DNA of 60,527 bases, counting the filler, from an uncultured Myxococcia bacterium (GTDB lineage Bacteria > CAZTWC01), in assembly GCA_964617105.1 (NCBI GenBank). It is 33 parts of 33 records of this genome, joined end to end, with 100 filler letters (N's around TTAATTAATTAA, not from the genome) between each part and the next. Parts side by side here need not be neighbours in the genome. Positions count along the whole stretch, not along the records: positions 42,198 to 43,856 come from CAZTWC010000479.1; positions 43,957 to 45,575 come from CAZTWC010000480.1; positions 45,676 to 47,281 come from CAZTWC010000481.1; positions 47,382 to 48,986 come from CAZTWC010000482.1; positions 49,087 to 50,684 come from CAZTWC010000483.1; positions 50,785 to 52,369 come from CAZTWC010000484.1; positions 52,470 to 54,018 come from CAZTWC010000485.1; 26 more parts are not named here. The stretch is one strand, 5' to 3'. Position numbers and translations under genes: made by a program. A model generated the notes under the pieces. It was not told the origin of the DNA. It made no database searches and was given only the letters and a program-made list of their open reading frames with translations. Of the stretch, positions 42,701-53,457 are shown piece by piece; position 1 is the stretch's first letter; each line of letters opens with the position of its first letter.

Positions 42701-43708
42701 TCAAACCACCATAGATATTGCTCCAGGTTTAATTTGAAAAGATGCTGGTAACCGCCCTATCTGTTCACCATCTACATCTAGCAGTACCATATTTTTCAAA
42801 TTTGAACCCATCGTGGAGGTCTCTGAGGCAGCAGGGGCAGAGGAATTAGCAGAGATGCAGGAGGCGGTTGAAATTACCGGTAAAGCCTCTAATTTGCGGC
42901 CGCGCAACATTTTAACTTTTGAGTGGTTCAGGTGGGTGCCCTGGTAAATACTTAAACCACTGGTTAATACCTCCGGCCAGGTCATATCACCAATAATTAT
43001 AATATCTAATAAACCGTCAGAGAGATCTGCCTGCGGAGCCACCTTCATCCCTCCGCCAAAATATTTACCATTGGCCACCGCTACAGTGTTGATCTTTAGT
43101 TGCTGCTCAAATTGATCATCCAGCCTAAGGCGTACCGACTGGGAGGCATATTGCGACAGAGCCTTGATGGTGCCAATAAAAAAGGAGATCTTTCCTCCCA
43201 GCCTTTTGGTGCTCTGATTTACATATTGATCTACCAGACCGCTGATTCCAAAAGAGGCGATATTTATAAAAAAACGCTGATGTAAATTTTTCTGATCATT
43301 GTATAAATCGGTATATTGCATCAGTCCCACATCAACTTTTCTGGCTTCTCCCTTAAAAATCCGCGCTAACGAGTCTTCCAAATTATGGCCGCCAAAATTC
43401 CGACTGAAATCACCGCCGGTACCCAGAGAAATAAAGGAGAAAGTCGCCTCAGGATTGATAAGTATTTCATTTTTAAAAAAACCGTTTACCACCTCATTGA
43501 TAGTACCATCGCCTCCAACCGCCACAATCCGTTGAAAACCAGCCTCCAGAGCCTTGGTGGTTATAGCGGCTGCGTCCATGCTGCCTTTGGTAAAACCAAT
43601 CTCAAAAGTGCTGATTTGCCTTTTGACCATCTTTGAAATTTGTGGCCACTTTTTCGCCGCCACACCACCGGCAGCTCGGGGATTTACCACAAAAAAATAT
43701 CTATCCAT
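42701..43708 (-). CDS. Diacylglycerol/lipid kinase (YegS/DAGK family)
   Basis: VVNPRA, GGDGTINEV, LGTGGDF, NGKYFGGG, DGE. Confidence 0.92.
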   Translation of the reverse strand: MDRYFFVVNPRAAGGVAAKKWPQISKMVKRQISTFEIGFTKGSMDAAAITTKALEAGFQRIVAVGGDGTINEVVNGFFKNEILINPEATFSFISLGTGGDFSRNFGGHNLEDSLARIFKGEARKVDVGLMQYTDLYNDQKNLHQRFFINIASFGISGLVDQYVNQSTKRLGGKISFFIGTIKALSQYASQSVRLRLDDQFEQQLKINTVAVANGKYFGGGMKVAPQADLSDGLLDIIIIGDMTWPEVLTSGLSIYQGTHLNHSKVKMLRGRKLEALPVISTASCISANSSAPAASETSTMGSNLKNMVLLDVDGEQIGRLPASFQIKPGAISMVV

Positions 43709-43726
43709 TTATAAAACCTGACATTC

Positions 43727-43855
43727 CTAACTCCTCAAACCGTCTATTACCAACTCCTCCAAACTAAAGAGTTTTCGTTTCTCCTCCACTCCAGAAAGAT
43801 GGTGTAAACACGATGGGCAGGATGTGACTATGGGAGTTAGATCCTGCTCAACTTT
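43727..43855 (-). CDS. CCG-domain Fe-S oxidoreductase C-terminus (partial)
   Basis: IVTSCPSCLHHL...SLEELV. Confidence 0.6.
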   Translation of the reverse strand, partial: KVEQDLTPIVTSCPSCLHHLSGVEEKRKLFSLEELVIDGLRS

Positions 43856-44217
43856 TNNNNNNNNNNNNNNNNNNNNNNNNNNNNNNNNNNNNNNNNNNNN
43901 TTAATTAATTAANNNNNNNNNNNNNNNNNNNNNNNNNNNNNNNNNNNNNNNNNNNNTAACGGGTGGTTAGCGGTGGGCTGTCAAGGTTGGCCACTGCCCA
44001 TCTGGTTCGATATCACGGAAATGTCTGCCTCAATTTTATGGGGTATTTCTCTTTTTGGCCAGTCTTAACCCGGTTTCTGTCAGTCTCTGCCGGTCTCAGA
44101 AAAAGAGACCAAAACCGATGTCATCTCACATTAACTACAAAAATCACGCAAATAATACCGGGCATTTTGAGGCTCTCTGAAGAGTCTCTGTTTCTCTGGG
44201 TTAGGCTTGCCTAAAGT

Positions 44218-44325
44218 GGTTAACAGGGTTGTTAACCGTTTTGAAAATGGTCATTTGAGCGACCGGGCGGTTAACAGGGGGTTGACAGGTGATCCTGTTA
44301 ACCATCGGGTCGGTGCTGTTAACCG
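44218..44325. repeat. GTTAAC palindrome cluster
   Basis: Five GTTAAC (44219, 44231, 44270, 44297, 44318) and one GTTGAC (44281). Confidence 0.85.
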
Positions 44326-44361
44326 GTTTTGGAAGTTGTTGATTTTGTTGGTGGATTATGG

Positions 44362-45484
44362 TTAGTGCTCTTTGGTCCCAAACTCCTTGGTGACATATTC
44401 TAACAAAAATTTCTCCATTTCCTCTTTGGATGGAAGTTCAAGTTGATATTTCGATACAAACAATTGATTATCGATGCCAGCCAGGGCGTATTCCACTAAT
44501 GGCTGGTTTTTTTTAGTGCATAGCAGAATTCCGATAGGAGGGTTGTCTCCCTCGGTCATTTGATTGGCTCGGTACCAACTAACATAGGTGTTAAGTTGCC
44601 CCAAATGTTCGTGGGTAAATTCTATAGTTTTCAACTCAAGCAACACGTGGCACTTCAGAATTCGGTGATAAAATTACCAGGTCAACAAAGAGATGCTGGT
44701 TTCCAATCAAGAGCCGTTTTTGCCGGGCTTCAAAACAAAAACCGTGCCCCAATTCCAGTAGGAAATCTTGTAGTTTGTCAAGAAGTGCATTTTCCAATGC
44801 TGATTCTGGCATAACTTCTTTTGGTTTCAGACCGAGAAACTCAAAAATGTATGGATCCCGAATCGCCAGTTTAGGTTCTGTTTTTTCAGCGCCATTATGG
44901 GCCATTTTTGCTAGTTTCTCTTTATTGATTGATAATCCCGAGCGTTCAAAATAAAGACTACCAATTTGTCGTTTTAATTCTCTAACAGACCAATTACCCT
45001 TGATGCATTCGAGTTCATAAAAAGTGCGCTTAAGGGGATCATCAAGTTGCACCATTAATTCAAAATGGCTGTATGAAAGGCGATTAACCAATTTTTCTGG
45101 AGGAATTGTCAATTGTGCGGACGGTGTCGGCACTTTTTCTATATGTTTGGAAATTTCTGGTATTATTTGGCCGAATTGTGCGGACAGTGTCCGCACTATC
45201 TCTGGATAAGCCCGATAAAATAATAGGTAATTGTATAGCTGCCTACGGCCGGAATTGCTAATTCTTTGTTTTTTCAGCGTATTAGAAAGTTCTGCCAATA
45301 ATGATTCACCGTAGTTTGCCCGGTCAGTTCCTTTTAGTTCAAATTCCGAAATATAGAAACCAATAAGCCAGTTTCGCAATGTTAAACTTGTATTCACAGC
45401 ATGACTGACACCTGCTGCTAATTGATTGTGAACTTTTTGAATGGAAGTCACAAGTCTGCTAAAAGTAAATTCCGTTTTAGTCAT
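44362..45484 (-). pseudogene. yhcG: YhcG/DUF1016 PD-(D/E)xK nuclease with a 1-nt insertion near 44674
   Basis: RNWLIG, LSYSHF, WSVRELKRQI, IRDPYIFEFL, ELGHGF; VDLV|FYHRILKCHVLLELK continues in a shifted frame. Confidence 0.85.
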
Positions 45485-45675
45485 TTAATTTGATTCCAAA
45501 TTTTTGCCCAGATCTTGGTTAAAAATTCCCCAACCGCCACCTTCGGCAACAGAGTGCCTACCAGCCGCAGTCGGGNNNNNNNNNNNNNNNNNNNNNNNNN
45601 NNNNNNNNNNNNNNNNNNNTTAATTAATTAANNNNNNNNNNNNNNNNNNNNNNNNNNNNNNNNNNNNNNNNNNNN

Positions 45676-47281
45676 GGTAAGCGGCACCGGAACTCCATCC
45701 TTGCCAGGCACGGTGAGTCTTTTTAATTCCAGGTAATCATCCTGGAATTGGCGGTCGAGTTTTACCACAATATCATACTCATCGTTTCCTTCTCTAAATA
45801 CCGAGGCTTTGCTGCCATTGATAGCGGTGCGAATTTCACGGGCCACTTTCATGGTGTTGGTTCCTACGATTTTGGCTTCTTCCCGCCTGACTCTAATCAA
45901 TAATTCCGGCCGGCCGCGATTATAATCGCGGCTCAGGTCAACCAGCCCCTTTACCCCTTTTATTTTCTCCATTACTTGTTGAGAAAGTTTAGAGAGGATA
46001 TTGAAATCTGGACCGGAGATTTCAATATTGACCGGCCGCCCCGAAGGCGGGCCCATTTTGTCCCGATCTATTTTCAATTCAGCTCCTGCCAGTTTGTCAA
46101 TACATTTCCTAAGTTTTTCAATGGTGAGGTTAGGATTTTCCAGCCATTTCTCCCGTTCTTGAAAATCGGCGTTTATTCTGGCCCGGTGAGGCAAGGTTGA
46201 ACCTGAGCCTGCGCCGCCCACGCCAGTGTTGGCTACAAAAATCTCAATGTTTTTATTGGCGCTCATACATTTTTCCACCCGCGCCGCCAAAGCATCAGTT
46301 ACATCGAGTTTAATACCATCAGGCGCTTTTATAGAAACCATCACACTTTCTGGTGTGGTAACCGGAAAAAATTCTACGCCATGCTGGAATTTTACATAAA
46401 TCAACATGGTCAGTATTACAAAACCAAAAACCGCCAACATGGTTAATAGCCGATATTTCAGGCACAGGGTTAAAAACCGGCGATATAGAGACATAAAACC
46501 GGACCCAGGTTTTATGTCCGAATTTTCCTCAGAAGAATGTTTTTTTTCAGGTTTGCTTTTTGAGTTGCTGCGTTTGATAAAAACTGCGGTTAATACCGGA
46601 TTGATCACCAGGGCAATAAACAGGGAAGCAGCCAAAGTCAGCATTAGAGTCTTTGGTAAAAAACTCATAAATTTACCCATGATCCCAGGCCAGAATATCA
46701 GCGGCATAAAAGCACACAGGGTGGTAATGGTGCTGGTGGTAATGGGCCAGGCCACTTCGGAGGTCCCTTTTATAGCAGCCTCCAGGCGGCCGATTTTTTC
46801 CAGGTGATAGTGGCGGTAGATATTTTCCACCACCACAATGGCATTGTCCACCAGCATACCCAGAGCCAAAATCAGCGAAAAGAGCACCACCATATTCAGG
46901 GTTATTCCCATCAGATCCAGAGTGGCAAAGGCGATGAGCATGGAAAAAGGGATGGCCAGGGCTACAATGATGGCGCTGCGTAAACCCAAAGCGAAAAAGA
47001 TAACTATCAGAACCAGCAACAGGCCGGATAGGATGCTGTTTTCCAGTTCAGCCACAATATTGCGGATATGTTCGGAAAAATCCCCCATAAAAGTGATGCT
47101 GGTGCCTGTTGGGAGGTCAGTCTGAAGGGTTTTAACCAGAGTTTTGATGTTGTCGCACAGTTTGATCAGGTTAACTCCGGTCCGCTTGGTGATACTCAAA
47201 GAAACGCTGTTTTGCCGGTTGAGGCGGGAATAGGAAGTTCTCTCTCTGTAAGTGTCGATTACCCGGCCAACATCTTTGATA
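45676..47281 (-). CDS. RND efflux permease (AcrB family), internal fragment
   Basis: GMLVDNAIVVVENI, STITTLCAFMPL, GIMGKF. Confidence 0.92.
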
Positions 47282-47381
47282 NNNNNNNNNNNNNNNNNNN
47301 NNNNNNNNNNNNNNNNNNNNNNNNNTTAATTAATTAANNNNNNNNNNNNNNNNNNNNNNNNNNNNNNNNNNNNNNNNNNNN

Positions 47382-48585
47382 ACAGGTTATAGAAGATCCA
47401 TCCCGCCGGCTGCTTAAATCTTATGACGGTCAGCAGGCTATAGAAATGGTGCGGGATAAAAAAGTGGATTTGATTATCTCCGACCTGAATATGCCATATT
47501 GCGATGGTATCGAATTGCTAAAGCAGGTAAAGGATACCAACTCAGAAATTGTGGTAATTCTGATGACCGGATTTGCCAGCCTGGAAACGTTTCAGACTGC
47601 CATCTCCCTGGGGGTCAGCGACTATATTACTAAGCCTATCAGGGACCTGGATTTCCTGAAAAATACGGTGGAGCGGGGCATTGAAAGAACCATTTTGCTC
47701 AAAGAGCGGCAACAATTGCTGGAAGATTTGAAAAACAGCAAATCGCTTTTAGAGATTAGAGTAAAGGAGAGGACTCAGAAGTTGGAATCATCTATCCGGC
47801 AATTGAAAGAGACCCAGGCCAAACTGTTGCAGTCAGAAAAATTGGCTGCTATAGGCAGGCTTTCGGCCGGTATAGGCCATGAATTGAACAATCCGCTTTC
47901 CGGTATTCTGGGATTTTCCAAGTTGTTGAAGAGAAAAAAAGGTCACGATGCAGAAACTATCAACTATCTGGATAAAATTTACCAACAGGGAAAACGATGC
48001 CAGAGTATCGTGGAAAATCTGTTAAAATTTTCTCAGCAGTACTCTCCCCGGATGACAAGGATAGATACCTCGCAAACCTTTAAAAAATTAATTTTACTAC
48101 CCAGGCTGGAGCGGCTGCAGGGACAAATAGAGTTTAAAAAGGAGATCTTCCCACATCTGCCGTCTTTGAATGCGGACATCCAATGCCTGGAAAATTTGTT
48201 TACCAATTTGCTTGCCAATGCCATGGAGGCGGTGGACTTTCAGGGTAAGATAATGGTTAAGGTTAGCAAAGGGGATGAAGATACTGGTAATGATATTGCA
48301 GAAGGTGATCGGTTTTCACCTTTTGAGCCGATTAAGAAGGAAGATTTAGGCAGATACCTTTTGATTTCCATAGTTGACAATGGCTGCGGTATAGATGTCG
48401 AAGATATGAATAATCTGTTTGAACCCTTTTTCACCACCAAAGAAGGGGGCGAAAGCACAGGACTGGGGCTTTCAATTTGCTATGGTATTATCAATGAACA
48501 CGGGGGCAGTATGGAGATCTGCAGTAAACTGGGATTGGGAACCAGAGTGAAAGTGTATTTACCTTTTTGTCCTTTAGAAGATTAA
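47382..48585 (+). CDS. Receiver-HisKA-HATPase hybrid histidine kinase (5' partial)
   Basis: SDLNMP, SEKLAAIGRLSAGIGHELNNPL, DNGCG, PFFTTK, GLGL. Confidence 0.9.
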
Positions 48586-48765
48586 GGGTAGCAAGCGGCA
48601 AAAACACTAGATCTGATTTTAACCTGCGTTACACTATTTGCGAAATATTAAAAAATAACTAATAAAATAAAAAAAAGCTTGAACAAATATATATTTTATA
48701 CTATGAATAAAAATCATAGATAATATTTTAATTTATCTCCAAATTTGTTAGAAAAGAGGGGAGTT

Positions 48766-48986
48766 ATGAAAAAAGATGTATTAACCACTTTTGAAGCGGC
48801 AAAAATTTGCAAAGTTAATCCTTTTACCATCCGCAACTGGATCGAAGCTGGCAAATTGAGAGCTTATAAAACTCTTGGTGGCCACCGTCGTATATATCGA
48901 ACTGACCTGGAAAAATTCCTGGAAGAACATAACATGGTTCCAGATCGTTCTCCTATTAGAGGAAAGATGCGGGCGTTGATTGTGGA
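48766..48986 (+). CDS. Excisionase-type HTH protein, probably fused to a receiver domain (3' partial)
   Basis: LTTFEAAKICKV.PFTIRNWI..GKLRAYKT.GGHRRI, then RALIV. Confidence 0.8.
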
Positions 48987-49086
48987 NNNNNNNNNNNNNN
49001 NNNNNNNNNNNNNNNNNNNNNNNNNNNNNNTTAATTAATTAANNNNNNNNNNNNNNNNNNNNNNNNNNNNNNNNNNNNNNNNNNNN

Positions 49087-50007
49087 ATTGAGCGTAAAGG
49101 TTCCACCAAGACCGAGGGTAAAGTCACGTTTTTGACCAAGTCCAGTCAGCCGGCTAAAGCCAATATCCCTATTCCCAATGGGAGCATCGTGGCCACCGGG
49201 GTTGATGGTAGTGGCATGGAATATCGGTTTATTACCACCCAAAAGATGGTTCTTCTAAAGGGCAACAGATCCATTACTGTTCCGGTTATCGCTGAAACTG
49301 CAGGTGCTGACCACAATGTAGGTCCCAACTCTATTTGTCGGCTGAAGACTTTTATCAATGGCATTGCTGAAGTTGTCAACCGGCCTGAGTGGCTGACCCA
49401 GGAGGGAACTGACAGAGAGAATGACGATACTTTGCGGGAAAGAACATTTCTGGCCTGGGATGAGTTGGCAAGGGGAAGCACCAAACAGTCTTACATCTCC
49501 TGGGCCATGGGGATAAATGGTGTCAAAAAAGTCTGGGTAAATGACAACCTGCCCCGGGGACAGGGAACTTTCGATATTTACGTGCTTGGTGAGTCCGGTA
49601 TGCCCTCCCAGGCTTTGATAGCCAAGGTGCAGAAGGTTGTCGATAAAAACAAACCACTTTGTGCTGATGTTTTGGTCAAAGCACCATCGCCGGTGAATGT
49701 TGCTGTCAAGGCATTTGTTACATTGAAAAGAGGCACCAATTCTCAGGTGGTGGAAACGGAGATAATACGACGGCTAAACATCTACTTTTCTGGTGCCGGT
49801 GAGGATGATCCGGAATTATTGTGGCTGAAATCTCTGGGAGTGGGTCAGGATGTGATCAAAATGCAGGTGGCCGAGATCATCATGAGTGTTGACGGGGTGC
49901 ATAACCTCGATCTTTTGTCGCCCAGGCACGACATTAAACTCAACTCTTACGAGTATGCTGTTTTAGGCAATATCAATCTTACCTTTGGAGCAGCGACCAA
50001 TGTCTGA
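49087..50007 (+). CDS. Baseplate J/gp47 family protein (5' partial)
   Basis: GADHNV, GTDRENDDTLRER, RGST..SY..WA..I.GV, RGQGT.D. Confidence 0.9.
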   Translation: MERKGSTKTEGKVTFLTKSSQPAKANIPIPNGSIVATGVDGSGMEYRFITTQKMVLLKGNRSITVPVIAETAGADHNVGPNSICRLKTFINGIAEVVNRPEWLTQEGTDRENDDTLRERTFLAWDELARGSTKQSYISWAMGINGVKKVWVNDNLPRGQGTFDIYVLGESGMPSQALIAKVQKVVDKNKPLCADVLVKAPSPVNVAVKAFVTLKRGTNSQVVETEIIRRLNIYFSGAGEDDPELLWLKSLGVGQDVIKMQVAEIIMSVDGVHNLDLLSPRHDIKLNSYEYAVLGNINLTFGAATNV

Positions 50008-50620
50008 ACAGGCGGAACAAGTGAAACAGGTAGAGTTATTTGCCGAGACCACAGAAAAACTGGCTGACTACCTTTGGTGGCTGTTACCCGTGTTTTTCAA
50101 GAAGAAGGCCAAGTATGAGTCCGGAATCTATCAATTGCTGGAGGTGTTTGGCAAAGGACTTGAGGATGTAAGAGAGCAGATTTTACTGATTTCCAGGCAG
50201 TTTGCAGCCAAGACCGCCGAGGGGGAGTATTTGGACAACATTGGCCTGGCCTATGGCACGTATAGGCTACCAGACGAAAATGACCGAAAACTGCGGAGTC
50301 GCATCATGACTGCCTTTGAGAAAAAGCAAAAAGAGGGTACTGCTGCCGGACTGATAGAAGCACTCAAGGCCCTGGGCTTTGATGTGGAGATAAAGGAACT
50401 CTTTCGGAAAAACCGGAGCCGGTGGGCTGAGTTTATCGTCAGGATTCTTAAGTGGGATGGTAAGTTTTCCCAGGACAGTTTCTATTCAGAGGTAAACAGA
50501 ATGAAACCTGCTCATACCAGAATGGTAGCTGATCCCGCCGTGGTGCTGGATACCTGGGACGATGGCGGTATTTTAGATGGCCGAGAGCCTGGATTACTGG
50601 ATTCCTGGAGGCTGCCATGA
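50000..50620 (+). CDS. Phage tail/baseplate protein (P2 gpI/DUF2313-like)
   Basis: TAEGEYLD..G..YG..R...ENDRKLRSRI, GTAAGL, MKPAHT. Confidence 0.75.
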   Translation: MSEQAEQVKQVELFAETTEKLADYLWWLLPVFFKKKAKYESGIYQLLEVFGKGLEDVREQILLISRQFAAKTAEGEYLDNIGLAYGTYRLPDENDRKLRSRIMTAFEKKQKEGTAAGLIEALKALGFDVEIKELFRKNRSRWAEFIVRILKWDGKFSQDSFYSEVNRMKPAHTRMVADPAVVLDTWDDGGILDGREPGLLDSWRLP

Positions 50621-50784
50621 GTCAGGAGAGAATATTTGATTATCGGGCCCCCAGGTCAACGCTGCTTTTGAACAGTAAGTTTGTNNNNNNNNNNNNNNNN
50701 NNNNNNNNNNNNNNNNNNNNNNNNNNNNTTAATTAATTAANNNNNNNNNNNNNNNNNNNNNNNNNNNNNNNNNNNNNNNNNNNN

Positions 50785-50962
50785 AAAAATTCCCCAACCG
50801 CCACCTTCGGCAACAGAGTGCCTACCAGCCGCAGTCGGGGATCTTTATTTGTCCTGCTTGAGCCAAAAACGGCCAGCAGGAGCAGGTCCGGGGCGATGGT
50901 CATGGTTATGCACGGGCTGTGAATCCGTGAACGCACAGCATCTGGCCATACCTTGAACTAGA
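50785..50962 (-). ncRNA. Structured DGR 3' spacer RNA of cassette 2
   Basis: Covarying stem and pseudoknot, plus two hairpins shared with 37832-38026. Confidence 0.65.
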
Positions 50963-51079
50963 GAGGCGAATGCCCAGGTTGTTGTTGCGGTTGCCAGGCG
51001 AGTTGTTGTTGCGATTAGCCGACCGACAGTTCTGGGCGTTGTTGTTCCAACTGCCCCCGCGTTTAACCCGGTTCGAGCT
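50963..51079 (-). mobile_element. DGR template repeat TR2 (FGE/CLec type)
   Basis: SSNRVKRGGSWNNNAQNCRSANRNNNSPGNRNNNLGIRL with 12 AAC and 1 AAT codons. Confidence 0.9.
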
Positions 51080-51153
51080 CTTTTGCCCCTGGCCTAAAAC
51101 TGATAAAATCATTACCTTGCAAGGTTTTATTGTCAATGGTTATTTTGAGTTGC

Positions 51154-51759
51154 CTATCCTTTGGGGTTACCAATAATATATTCTCGAATATGATTTAAAC
51201 TAGTGTCATTGCGGATAATGTGATCATAATAATTACGTTGCCAGGCAAAATGTTCATATCCTTCCGCACGTATAATTCTGGCCGTTTTTGCCTTGAAATA
51301 TCTAATAATTTCACCCAATGTTATATCCCCGGCGTTGTAGGGGCGCAATTCATTGCGCCCTTTTGATGATCCATCCAAATCTTTATGCAATTCATCCCCA
51401 GTTTTTGACAATTCATTGTCTCTTTTTAACGATTGTTTTTCCTTTTGTGGAAAAGGGGTTTGATAAATCAAACCCCTACAGCGGTGGCGGGGGTGTTTAC
51501 ATAAAATGCCATGAATATGGTTGGGCATTACCACGAATTCATCTAATTTTAGATCAGAAAAATATTTTGGTATTAAAATCCAATTTTTATAAACGATTTT
51601 GCCTATGGGATTTAAAACTACTTTTTTGTCTAAAATTTTGCCTAGAAAAGGTTGCTGATTTTGGGTACAAATTGTTACAAAATAGGAACCAGGCTGGGAA
51701 TAATCATATCCTTTTAGCCGAGAGGAACAGCGATGATGGATATTAGGGTCGTAGGTCAT
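51154..51759 (-). mobile_element. REP-associated tyrosine transposase (RAYT/Y1) with internal GTAG REP palindromes
   Basis: RLKGYDYS.PG.YFVTICT, MPNHIHGI, WQRNYYDHIIR; REPs at 51337-51360 and 51455-51479. Confidence 0.88.
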
Positions 51760-52204
51760 TATAATTTTGGTTGGATAGATTGTTTCGTTTTATTTCCCCA
51801 AAACCATCTATTTTGCCCAGATCGGATTTGGCAGCAATTCCTGACTTTACCATCTTGGCCAACTGTTTGTTGGTGGCAATAATATAGGCAGGAACTCCCT
51901 CATGTTTGGCCTGGGCCGCCCGCCAGGTGCGCAACTGGTTATATATTTCCTTCTCTATTTCATCTAACTGGCTGGCGGGATCTTCTTTTCTTTTTCCAAT
52001 AATTCTTCCACCAGATCTTCTCTTTTCATCGGGTTGGATGTCCCGGTAGGAGATAAAGATTTTCAAGTAAGGAAGTTTTTCGTGAATAAAAAAATGATCA
52101 GTCGCCTCCATCACCTCTTTATCAGCGATGAATTCCTGGATGGCAGTGTCATCAAAGCCGTTATGAGCGTGTTTAAAGGGCAATGTAAAAATTTTTAGTT
52201 TCAA
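51743..52204 (-). CDS. HRDC-domain protein (DGR accessory type), C-terminus probably disrupted
   Basis: YNQLRTWRAAQAKHEGVPAYII.TNKQL...L.KIDGFGE, then an abrupt end overlapping the RAYT start. Confidence 0.8.
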   Translation of the reverse strand: MKLKIFTLPFKHAHNGFDDTAIQEFIADKEVMEATDHFFIHEKLPYLKIFISYRDIQPDEKRRSGGRIIGKRKEDPASQLDEIEKEIYNQLRTWRAAQAKHEGVPAYIIATNKQLAKMVKSGIAAKSDLGKIDGFGEIKRNNLSNQNYNDLRP

Positions 52205-52469
52205 TTAAACTCCTTTCGTAATGCCATGAAGTTAAAAGGACCACATGAAATGCTATGCAACTCCAGAAACAATCCAGGATTGCGGTTGGTTGTTATGTTT
52301 TTTTAAAATCCTGGTGTGAATAATGCACCATTCGCTCTGCCGTCGATCAGGGCCTGCAGCCCTGAACCCNNNNNNNNNNNNNNNNNNNNNNNNNNNNNNN
52401 NNNNNNNNNNNNNTTAATTAATTAANNNNNNNNNNNNNNNNNNNNNNNNNNNNNNNNNNNNNNNNNNNN

Positions 52470-52790
52470 AGCGGTTCTGGCCATATTTTTGGAGGTGCAG
52501 GATGGGCAAAGGCTTTTGGCTTTGCAGGAAAATGGGAGCAGATACTCATGATGGCAGGAATCACAGTAGACTCTGGCAAACCCCTTTGATAGCAAGCCGC
52601 AGTCCAGATATTTGTAGAATTCCTTCTCCACATAACTGGGGATGGGGTCATCATCTGGATTGTTTTCTCTGATTGTGTGCAGATAAGGTTCCAGGTTTTC
52701 CTGAATGATTTTGTAGAACGTGGTTTCGGCTGGTCGTCTGGGCTTGTATATCGCCGGTTGATATTGGTTATCTATTACTCTGGTTGCGAC
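52470..52790 (-). mobile_element. IS91-family transposase, zinc-binding N-terminus (partial; start uncertain)
   Basis: YKPRRPAET.FY, EF.KYLDCG.L..GFARVYCDSC..EYLLPFSCK..SLCPSC. Confidence 0.85.
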
Positions 52791-53048
52791 TTATGATAGA
52801 GGTATTGGGATTTGGCTATTGAGTGCTTCGACAAGAGTATTGGCTGAGCGTGTTTGGACAGTTGTGGCAACTATCGAACAATCCAAACCGCCACTGCACC
52901 TACCACCAATGGCCAACTCTTTTTTGTTATTAGAGGCGGTTTAGTCCCACTTTCTTAGGGAATTTGGGGGAAGGTTGACCACAGTTGCGTGTCATCTATA
53001 ATAATACATGAAAGCATTAACGTGTAATAACATGATAGGGGTGGTGTT

Positions 53049-53318
53049 GTGCCAGAAGTAAAAACCATAGGAAGAAGTGGGCAAATCTCTTTGGGTAAGG
53101 AATTCGCAGGGAAGCATGTTCTGATTGATCGGTCTTCGCCAGGTGTGTGGGTGATTAAGTTGGGAAAATTTGTTCCAGATAATGAACGCTGGCTATTTGA
53201 GAAAAAGGTCAAACAGGATTTGGATAAGGCCATTGGCTGGGCTGAAAAAAATCCACCCAAAGCAACTGACCTGAAAGACCTGGAAGAAGAGATAGAACAA
53301 AATAACCTGGAAGACTAA
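53049..53318 (+). CDS. AbrB-like putative antitoxin, followed by a truncated toxin-like fragment (53328 to about 53420)
   Basis: VKTIGRSGQISLGKEFAG; downstream LKKIANMNWTQVYQDKGLRWE. Confidence 0.6.
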   Translation: MPEVKTIGRSGQISLGKEFAGKHVLIDRSSPGVWVIKLGKFVPDNERWLFEKKVKQDLDKAIGWAEKNPPKATDLKDLEEEIEQNNLED

Positions 53319-53457
53319 AATATATGAGTGGTACCGATCCTGTCAACCTTGAAAAAAATCGCCAATATGAACTGGACGCAGGTTTACCAGGATAAAGGTT
53401 TAAGATGGGAGATGATCCGTTACAACACAACAGTCATCTGCGGTTTCACGATGATTT

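Noticed and set aside
50906-51136. Asn-rich ORFs (also 37865-38194) as FGE-domain proteins or as a TR/VR pair
   Set aside because: Both keep their AAC codons and differ at non-A positions; they are template repeats
52340-52369. GGG TTC AGG (GFR) at the contig end as the VR terminus of the TR2 target
   Set aside because: Does not match TR2 (GGC ATT CGC CTC) at non-A positions; better explained as part of the hairpin
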